A stretch of DNA of 64,000 nt, taken from Eledone cirrhosa. Its lineage: Eukaryota. Shown piece by piece: positions 54,681 to 64,000 of this stretch (positions are counted from its first letter, which is position 1; every line of letters starts with the position of its first letter). The DNA is taken from contig OZ024748.1 in NCBI GenBank assembly GCA_964016885.1, positions 16,802,001 through 16,866,000 on the forward strand, read 5' to 3'. The position numbers and the translations under genes are program-made. Below the pieces are notes generated by a model. That model did no database searches and was not told the DNA's origin. It saw only the letters and a list, made by a program, of their open reading frames with translations.

Positions 54681-54737
54681 ATAGGAAAAAGTATGACCCC
54701 GACGGCAGAGCTCAAGCCATTTCGACGGCTATTTCTG

Positions 54738-54742
<5 letters not shown>
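54681..54742 (-). mobile_element. Solo arm of family B in (TA)n
   Basis: Essentially identical to 34141-34200. Confidence 0.8.
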
Positions 54743-54779
<37 letters not shown>

Positions 54780-54961
54780 ATATATATATATGCATACATA
54801 TGAACATACATATATACATTCATATATATATACATATATATACATATACACATACATATATATACATATATATATACATACATATATATACATATATATA
54901 CATATATATACATACATATATATACATATATATATATAATAGATATGTATATATATATATA

Positions 54962-55158
54962 GATAAGTAATTCTGGGTTCAATCGGGGGTAACCACACTA
55001 AGTAAGGTACTCAATACATAGCAGAGTATAAATGTTTTAATATAGAAAAGCTTCTACAGGACTAGAACTGTTTCATTCATGAGAAATCATCAGGAAGCGT
55101 TTCCTGATGATTTCTCATGAATGAAACAGCTCTAGTCCTGTAGAAGCTTTTCTATATA
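54962..55158 (-). mobile_element. Fold-back element family D
   Basis: Arms 55041-55096 and 55101-55156; tail 54962-55040. Confidence 0.8.
55050..55098 (-). ncRNA. Compact type I hammerhead ribozyme (mirror copy on + at 55099-55147)
   Basis: GCTTC-CTGATGA-TTTC(TCAT)GAAT-GAAA-CAG(TTCTAGTC)CTG-TA-GAAGC: stem I GCTTC/GAAGC, stem III CAG/CTG, GUA site. Confidence 0.78.
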
Positions 55159-55179
55159 TATATATATATATATATGTGT

Positions 55180-55521
55180 GTAAATGAAGTAATTCCGTCA
55201 GAAAAGTCCAGTAAAAAAGAGTGCTCTATGTAGGTAACAGAGCTTAATAGTTATGTAATAAACAACATAAGGCAATTATTTCATTTACCAGTGGTTTCTT
55301 AAAAGCAAAAAAAGTTTGCTTTCAATCATCAGGATGAAAAAATCCTGGTGTATTTATTGACGTTGGATTTTAAAAACAAAAACTGTTTTTGTTTTTAAAA
55401 TCCAACGTCAATAAATACACCAGGATTTTTTCATTTTGATGATTGAAAGCAAAATTTTTTTGCTTTTAAGAAACCACTGGTAAATGAAATAATTGCCTTA
55501 TGTTGTTTATTACATAACTAT
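55180..55521 (-). mobile_element. Fold-back element family C
   Basis: ~135 bp arms 55247-55383 and 55385-55521; tail with GAGTGCTC; CTGATGA-TT-GAAA core remnant. Confidence 0.8.
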
Positions 55522-55539
55522 ATATATATATATATATAA

Positions 55540-55935
55540 ATTTGATAGGTTTCGGCCAGTATTGGCCCAGGCAATATCTAACTTAATAACACCCCCATCC
55601 TTTCAGATCAGGATTTGGACTCTATGGCCCACTCAAGTTGCGAGTTATTGTTTAGGATAAACCTCCTACACATATCCGTGTGTAGGAGGTTTATCCGGGA
55701 TTTCTTGAAGGAATTTGTCCAAAGATCTCTTGAACTTTATAGGGTCTGTTTCTGATTTAATGTGTTTCAGTGTAATGTTAAAGAGAGCGGGGCCAATTGA
55801 GGTGAAATAATTGTGCTGTATTGTTGCTATGAGAGGCGAGTGAGATTTTTGTTGTGGGCGGATAGCATGGAGCCCAAGCCTTGGGTGTACCTTAAAGGTG
55901 ATATTAACATCATTTGGGCAATGCTGATGGAATAT
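55540..55935 (-). mobile_element. CR1/L2-group LINE 3' end
   Basis: HPRLG....NYFTSIGPALFN...FKRSLDKFLQEIPDKP..GY. Confidence 0.75.
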
Positions 55936-56099
55936 ATACATATATATACATGTATGCATGTATATACATACATATATATATAATACTATTAGCTTCTCGC
56001 TAAAATAATTTCTATACCTTTCATTTATATATGTATATATATATGTATATATATATGTATATATATATATGTATATATATATGTATATATATATGTATA

Positions 56100-56330
56100 T
56101 ACAAGTTAATATGAATTAATATATTTGATAAACACAAATACCAACATATCCGTGTTGTAAATGACTAGTTAGCTAGTCATTTACAATACAAACACGGATA
56201 TGTTGGTATTTGTGTTTATCAAATATATTAATTTATATTAACTTGTATTACACGGCTCAGAAATACTTCTTTCTTTGAGCTATTTCATTGTAAAGGACTG
56301 CCTGAGTTTTGAACTCATTATTAATAGTAT
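56100..56330 (+). mobile_element. Fold-back element family H
   Basis: 56100-56168 and 56172-56247 inverted; unduplicated tail 56248-56330; (TA)n flanks; no ribozyme core seen. Confidence 0.7.
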
Positions 56331-56439
56331 ATATGTATATATATATATACATATACATATGTACATACATATATATATACATACATATATATATGTATAT
56401 ATATATATGTATATATATATATACATACATATATATATG

Positions 56440-56473
<34 letters not shown>

Positions 56474-56483
56474 TATACATATG

Positions 56484-56525
<42 letters not shown>

Positions 56526-56812
56526 TATATATATACATATATATGTATATATATATATGTATGTATATATATATATGTATATATATATATGTATATATAT
56601 ATATACACATATACATACATATATATATGTACATATATATATATATATATACATATAATACATACATATATATATATACATATACATACATATATATGTA
56701 TATATATATATATGTATATATATATGTATATATGTATATATATACATATACATATATATATGTACATACATACATATATGTACATACATATATGTACATA
56801 CATACAGATATG

Positions 56813-56844
<32 letters not shown>

Positions 56845-56981
56845 CATACATATACATACATATATATATGTACATACATATACATACATATATATATATA
56901 CATACATATACATACATATATATATATATACATATATATATACATATATACATATACATACATATATATATACATATATAC

Positions 56982-57030
<49 letters not shown>

Positions 57031-57274
57031 CATACATACATATATATATACATATATACACATACATATATATATATATATACATATATACATAAACATA
57101 CATACATATATATATATATACATATATACATATATATATACACATACATACATATATACATATATATATATACATACATATATACACATATATACATATA
57201 TATACATACACATATATACATATATATACATACATATATACATATATATATACATACATATATACATATATATA

Positions 57275-57568
57275 TGGTGGCTGCCAACTCGTTTTCGAGT
57301 ACGGCCACTACTTTATATCCATGTAGGAGAACCCCTACCGATGCGCTGAACGAGTGTGACTTTTCAGTCCGGCCAGCGACTTGAAAACTTTGGTACAAAC
57401 ACTACACTTGTGACAATTATTGACACATAGTGCTGGGCCCATGGTACCATGTGACGACAAGTGCAGAGAGATCTCCAGATATAAAGCAATGCCTGTGCCG
57501 TGAAGCTTTTATAGTGAGCAAAGACACTGCAAAAAGCCATTCCCACTCTCTTAACCAAGATGATATAT
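57275..57568 (-). mobile_element. RTE (BovB-like) 3' end with C2H2 zinc finger
   Basis: Minus-strand frame [26 protein letters not shown] (stop 57335-57337); 3' hairpin CTCGAAAACGAG; (TA)n tail. Confidence 0.7.
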
Positions 57569-57693
57569 ATATACATACATACATATATACATATATATAT
57601 ATACATACATATATATATATACATATAAATATATATACATACATACATATATATATACATATATATATACATGTATATATATACATACATATA

Positions 57694-58297
57694 TGGTGGC
57701 TGCCAACTCGAGTACGGCCACTACTTTACATCCATGTAGGAGAACCCCTACCGATGCGCTGAATGAGTGTGACTTTTTAGTTCATCCAGCGACTTGAAAA
57801 CTCTGATACAAACACTACACCTGTGACAATTATTGACACATAGTGCTGGGCCCATGGTACCATTTGATGACAAGTGCAGAGAGATCTCCAGATATAAAGC
57901 AATTCCTGTGCCGTGAAGCTTTTATAGTGAGCAAAGGCACTGCACAAAGCCAGTCCCACTCTCTTAACCAAGATGATATTTACCAAAAAGAAGACCAAGT
58001 CAACACAATTGGATACCATCAGAGTTGCAGGTGTTATATTAGAGTTTTCCTTCTCCTAGAATTCTGTCTTGACAAAGGCTAAGGGGTCATCTCTCCCGGT
58101 GATTTTGGATGGCCATTGACTCTTAAGAGCTCCTTTGCCCTTTGATGGGTTTTGTTTTTAGTCCTGCAGGATGTCCAAAGTCACCCTCCTCACCAAGAAA
58201 CCTTAGTGGGGTTGCCAGTTTATTCGCCAATGACCCGACCATGAGACAGGTTGTACTGGGATACATGTTACCAGTAGCACCAACTGGTGACCTGACA
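57694..58297 (-). mobile_element. Internally deleted RTE: 5' UTR-like part (58020-58297) joined to zinc-finger 3' end
   Basis: CTAGGAGAAGGAAAACTCT motif recalled from BovB-type 5' UTRs; 57694-57980 duplicates 57275-57568. Confidence 0.55.
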
Positions 58298-58334
58298 TAC
58301 ATATATACATACATACACATATATATGTATATAT

Positions 58335-58381
<47 letters not shown>

Positions 58382-58500
58382 CATACATACATATACATAT
58401 ATACATATATTTATATATACATACATACACATATATATATATATACATACATACATATACATATATATATATATATATATATACATACATACATATACAT

Positions 58501-58533
<33 letters not shown>

Positions 58534-58672
58534 CATATATATATACAGACATACATATACATATATATATATATTTATATATACATACATACACATATAT
58601 ATATATATACATACATACATATACATATATATATATATATACATACATACATATATATATATATATACATAC

Positions 58673-58713
<41 letters not shown>

Positions 58714-58726
58714 CATACATACATAC

Positions 58727-58758
<32 letters not shown>

Positions 58759-58987
58759 GTACATACATACATATACATATATATATATATAAATATATAT
58801 ATACATACATAATCATATATATATATATGATGTTTAATTCAGTCTATTTGATAGCAATTAATTTAATGGAGTTTTTTTGATTTATATTTATCAGAAAATT
58901 ATTTCTAATTGCATCTCTGATAACCCATCTCAAACCCATAATTAAAAGTCAATGATTAGTTACATCCAGGCATTATTCAATATTTAA

Positions 58988-59023
<36 letters not shown>

Positions 59024-59664
59024 GTAAAAAAAGACTAAAGGACTATTTTGTATTTTTCTTGTGCATCATCTCTTCATATATATATATATATATGTATGTA
59101 TATATATGTATATATATATGTGTGTATATAGTAATTAACGTTTCTGTTCGTTATTTTCTCTAAAACTGAAACAACGAAAAACAATTAATTGGTTCCATGA
59201 GAATATTTTCAACCTTAGATAGATAGGTAGAGAGAGAGAGAAAGAGAGCTAAGGAGAGAGAGGGAGAGAGTGAGAAAAAATAAAGACAGAAAAAGAGAGG
59301 GAAAGAGAGGAAGATGGAGATAGATAGATAGATAAAGAGAGAGAGAGGTGGGAGGGGCTAGAAAGAGTGCAAGAAAAAATATTTAGTCAATATAGAAAAT
59401 TACACTGTGATCATTATTGAAGATTGTAGAATGACAAAAAGAGAAGCAAAAAACAAAATCTCTTGAAGAAAACCTCGACTTTTAAAGACTTTCTGCTGAA
59501 GGGAATCTTAACAGTGAAAAAGAGAGAAAAACAGAAAACAAACAAAATAAAACTAAAAGAAGAAAAATTATTTAATTTCTTATCATAATAAATCTCACAG
59601 AACATTCAACATCGGAGCATTCTCTCTCTCTCTGAGTGGAATATATATATATATAGATATGTTC

Positions 59665-61470
59665 ATCATCGTCTAACGTCCATCTTCCATGCTAGCATGG
59701 TTGGGATGGTTTTGTCCCACTTTGGGCAAGATTGGTTAGGTGACCGTGTCATTGTTCGTACAGAACTGTTTCTGGCAGGTCTTCTACGGCTGGATGCCCT
59801 TCCTAACACCAACCACATTTACAGTGGGGACTGGGAGCCTTTTTGTCATGTCACCTACACGACCACTTTACAGTGTGGACTGGGTGCTTTTTGTCATGTT
59901 ACCTACACGACCACTTTACAGTGTGGACTGGGTGCTTTTTGTCATGTCACCTACACGACCACTTTACAGTGTGGACTGGGTGCTTTTTGTCATGTCACCT
60001 CCATGACCACTTTACAGTGTGGACTGGGTGCTTTTTGTCATGTCACCTACACGACCACTTTACAGTGTGGACTGGGTGCTTTTTGTCATGTCACCTACAC
60101 GACCACTTTACAGTGTGGACTGGGTGCTTTTTGTCATGTCACCTACACGACCACTTTACAGTGTGGACTGGGTGCTTTTTGTCATGTCACCTACACGACC
60201 ACTTTACAGTGTGGACTGGGTGCTTTTTGTCATGTCACCTCCATGACCACTTTACAGTGTGGACTGAGTGCTTTTTGCATGTCACCTACACGACCACTTT
60301 ACAGTGTGGACTGGGTGCTTTTTGTCATGTCACCTACACGACCACTTTACAGTGTGGACTGGGTGCTTTTTGTCATGTCACCTACACGGCCACTTTACAG
60401 TGTGGACTGGGTGCTTTTTGTCATGTCACCTCCATGACCACTTTACAGTGTGGACTGGGTGCTTTTTGTCATGTCACCTACACGACCACTTTACAGTGTG
60501 GACTGGGTGCTTTTTGTCATGTCACCTACACGGCCACTTTACAGTGTGGACTGGGTGCTTTTTGTCATGTCACCTACACGACCACTTTACAGTGTGGACT
60601 GGGTGCTTTTTGTCATGTCACCTACACGACCACTTTACAGTGTGGACTGGGTGCTTTTTGTCATGTCACCTACACGACCACTTTACAGTGTGGACTGGGT
60701 GCTTTTTGTCATGTTACCTACACGACCACTTTACAGTGTGGACTGGGTGCTTTTTGTCATGTCACCTACACGACCACTTTACAGTGTGGACTGGGTGCTT
60801 TTTGTCATGTCACCTACACGGCCACTTTACAGTGTGGACTGGGTGCTTTTTGTCATGTCACCTACACGACCACTTTACAGTGTGGACTGGGTGCTTTTTG
60901 TCATGTTCCCTACACGACCACTTTACAGTGTGGACTGGGTGCTTTTTGTCATGTCACCTACACGACCACTTTACAGTGTGGACTGGGTGCTTTTTGTCAT
61001 GTCACCTACACGACCACTTTACAGTGTGGACTGGGTGCTTTTTGTCATGTCACCTACACGACCACTTTACAGTGTGGACTGGGTGCTTTTTGTCATGTTA
61101 CCTACACGACCACTTTACAGTGTGGACTGGGTGCTTTTTGTCATGTCACCTACACGACCACTTTACAGTGTGGACTGGGTGCTTTTTGTCATGTTCCCTA
61201 CACGACCACTTTACAGTGTGGACTGGGTGCTTTTTGTCATGTCACCTACACGACCACTTTACAGTGGGCGGAAGTGGCAGGATGAAGTAGGGGTGGTGGG
61301 GTGGGGTGTATATTGGGTTAAGAGGTGCCTACTGACTGTACGTTTAAGTTTGTATGCAAGGAAAGGTGGGTCTTATGTATAATTGCATAGCGCCAAAGAT
61401 CTCGATCCAATGACATTGTCTTAGAGAGATGTAAGTGAGCAAGGTCAGTTTTTATCACCTCGTCCCAGCT
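59665..61470 (-). mobile_element. RTE LINE 3' end whose 3' UTR contains the expanded 48-bp array
   Basis: 61385-61468 translates [29 protein letters not shown] (same family as 42399 ORF); ends in AGGAAGGGCATCC...CATGCTAGCATGGAAG..(GAT)n. Confidence 0.85.
59813..61267. repeat. 48-bp minisatellite, ~30 copies
   Basis: Unit GTCATGTCACCTACACGACCACTTTACAGTGTGGACTGGGTGCTTTTT. Confidence 0.97.
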
Positions 61471-61476
61471 TTTCTT

Positions 61477-61607
61477 GTATTTATATGTATGTATATTTGT
61501 GTATTCATATGTGCATATATATGTACATTTATATATATATATATATATATATATGTATTTATATGTATGTATATTTGTGTATTCATATGTGCATATATAT
61601 GTACATT

Positions 61608-61638
<31 letters not shown>

Positions 61639-62069
61639 TTATATGTATGTATATTTGTGTATTCATATGTGCATATATATGTACATTTATATATATATAT
61701 ATATATATATGTATTTATATGTATGTATATTTGTGTATTCATATGTGCATATATATGTACATTTATATATATATATATATATGTATTTATATGTATGTAT
61801 ATTTGTGTATTCATATGTGCATATATATGTACATTTATATATATATATATATATATATATGTATTTATATGTATGTATATTTGTGTATTCATATGTGCAT
61901 ATATATGTACATTTATATATATATATATATATATATATGTATTTATATGTATGTATATTTGTGTATTCATATGTGCATATATATGTACATTTATATATAT
62001 ATATATATATATATATGTATTTATATGTATGTATATTTGTGTATTCATATGTGCATATATATGTACATT

Positions 62070-62100
<31 letters not shown>

Positions 62101-62137
62101 TTATATGTATGTATATTTGTGTATTCATATGTGCATA

Positions 62138-62204
<67 letters not shown>

Positions 62205-62865
62205 TTATATGTATGTATATTTGTGTATTCATGTGCATATATATGTACATTTATATATATATATATATATATATGTATTTATATGTATGTATATTTGTGT
62301 ATTCATATGTGCATATATATGTACATTTATATATATATATATATATATATATGTATTTATATGTATGTATATTTGTGTATTCATATGTGCATATATATGT
62401 ACATTTATATATATATATATATATATATATGTATTTATATGTATGTATATTTGTGTATTCATATGTGCATATATATGTACATTTATATATATATATATAT
62501 ATATATGTATTTATATGTATGTATATTTGTGTATTCATATGTGCATATATATGTACATTTATATATATATATATATATGTATTTATATGTATGTATATTT
62601 GTGTATTCATATGTGCATATATATGTACATTTATATATATATATATATATATATATGTATTTATATGTATGTATATTTGTGTATTCATATGTGCATATAT
62701 ATGTACATTTATATATATATATATATATATATATGTATTTATATGTATGTATATTTGTGTATTCATATGTGCATATATATGTACATTTATATATATATAT
62801 ATATATATATATGTATTTATATGTATGTATATTTGTGTATTCATATGTGCATATATATGTACATT

Positions 62866-62896
<31 letters not shown>

Positions 62897-62933
62897 TTAT
62901 ATGTATGTATATTTGTGTATTCATATGTGCATA

Positions 62934-62996
<63 letters not shown>

Positions 62997-63192
62997 TTAT
63001 ATGTATGTATATTTGTGTATTCATGTGCATATATATGTACATTTATATATATATATATATATATGTATTTATATGTATGTATATTTGTGTATTCATATGT
63101 GCATATATATGTACATTTATATATATATATATATATATATATGTATTTATATGTATGTATATTTGTGTATTCATATGTGCATATATATGTAC

Positions 63193-63230
<38 letters not shown>

Positions 63231-63500
63231 TTATATGTATGTATATTTGTGTATTCATATGTGCATATATATGTACATTTATATATATATATATATATAT
63301 GTATTTATATGTATGTATATTTGTGTATTCATATGTGCATATATATGTACATTTATATATATATATATATATGTATTTATATGTATGTATATTTGTGTAT
63401 TCATATGTGCATATATATGTACATTTATATATATATATATATATATATATGTATTTATATGTATGTATATTTGTGTATTCATATGTGCATATATATGTAC

Positions 63501-63540
<40 letters not shown>

Positions 63541-63743
63541 TTATATGTATGTATATTTGTGTATTCATATGTGCATATATATGTACATTTATATATATAT
63601 ATATATATATATATGTATTTATATGTATGTATATTTGTGTATTCATATGTGCATATATATGTACATTTATATATATATATATATATATATGTATTTATAT
63701 GTATGTATATTTGTGTATTCATATGTGCATATATATGTACATT

Positions 63744-63774
<31 letters not shown>

Positions 63775-63840
63775 TTATATGTATGTATATTTGTGTATTC
63801 ATATGTGCATATATATGTACATTTATATATATATATATAT
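61477..63840. repeat. Satellite of a constant ~54-bp block plus variable (TA)n, ~30 copies
   Basis: GTATTTATATGTATGTATATTTGTGTATTCATATGTGCATATATATGTACATTT followed by (AT)n of varying length. Confidence 0.95.
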
Positions 63841-64000
63841 TCCAAACCTGGAAGCAGGGACTAGAGAGAAAGGGCCTCAAAGTCAACATGACAAAGACTA
63901 AGGTCCTTATAAGTAGACGAGAAAACAGAACCCAGATCCCCTCAGGGAAATGGCCTTGCTCAGTATGTAGGAAAGGTGTAGGTAGGAACTCCATTCTTTG
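63840..64000 (+). mobile_element. RTE LINE reverse transcriptase fragment running off the window
   Basis: [23 protein letters not shown]...[17 protein letters not shown]: end of RT (GL.VN..KTK) followed by the start of a PHD-like Cys motif. Confidence 0.85.

Noticed and set aside
57335-57420. Host C2H2 zinc-finger gene exon
   Set aside because: Followed by an RTE-type 3' hairpin and microsatellite tail, duplicated, with upstream in-frame stops; better explained as a LINE C-terminus.
59697-61382. Cys/His-rich 16-aa repeat protein gene
   Set aside because: Antisense to an RTE 3' UTR; all three frames are open by chance and a 1-bp deletion near 60277 shifts the frame.

Overview
Extremely AT-rich, microsatellite-saturated eukaryotic non-coding DNA. 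The repeat content (tRNA-headed SINEs, RTE/CR1/R4/CRE LINE relics, piggyBac/mariner/hAT-type MITEs, huge (TA)n tracts) points to an invertebrate genome, most likely a coleoid cephalopod such as Octopus (inference, not verified). No host protein-coding exon can be supported; almost all long ORFs in the track are artefacts of di/tri-nucleotide or minisatellite repeats. The most notable signal is an ensemble of at least eight mutually unrelated families of short (150-700 bp) non-coding elements. They sit inside (TA)n tracts, are built as fold-back (inverted) or partial-tandem repeats with a one-sided 65-85 bp tail, and carry type I hammerhead ribozyme motifs (CUGANGA...GAAA...NUH, with stems checked by eye). 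Five of these families also share a positionally conserved RRGYRCTC motif in the tail. This resembles Penelope-like-element pLTR or retrozyme biology, but the family diversity and the shared tail motif look undescribed to me. The window also shows several satellites born inside TEs (48, 61, ~91 and ~130 bp units) and a SINE together with its apparent RTE LINE partner. All coordinates were read by eye and may be off by a few bases.
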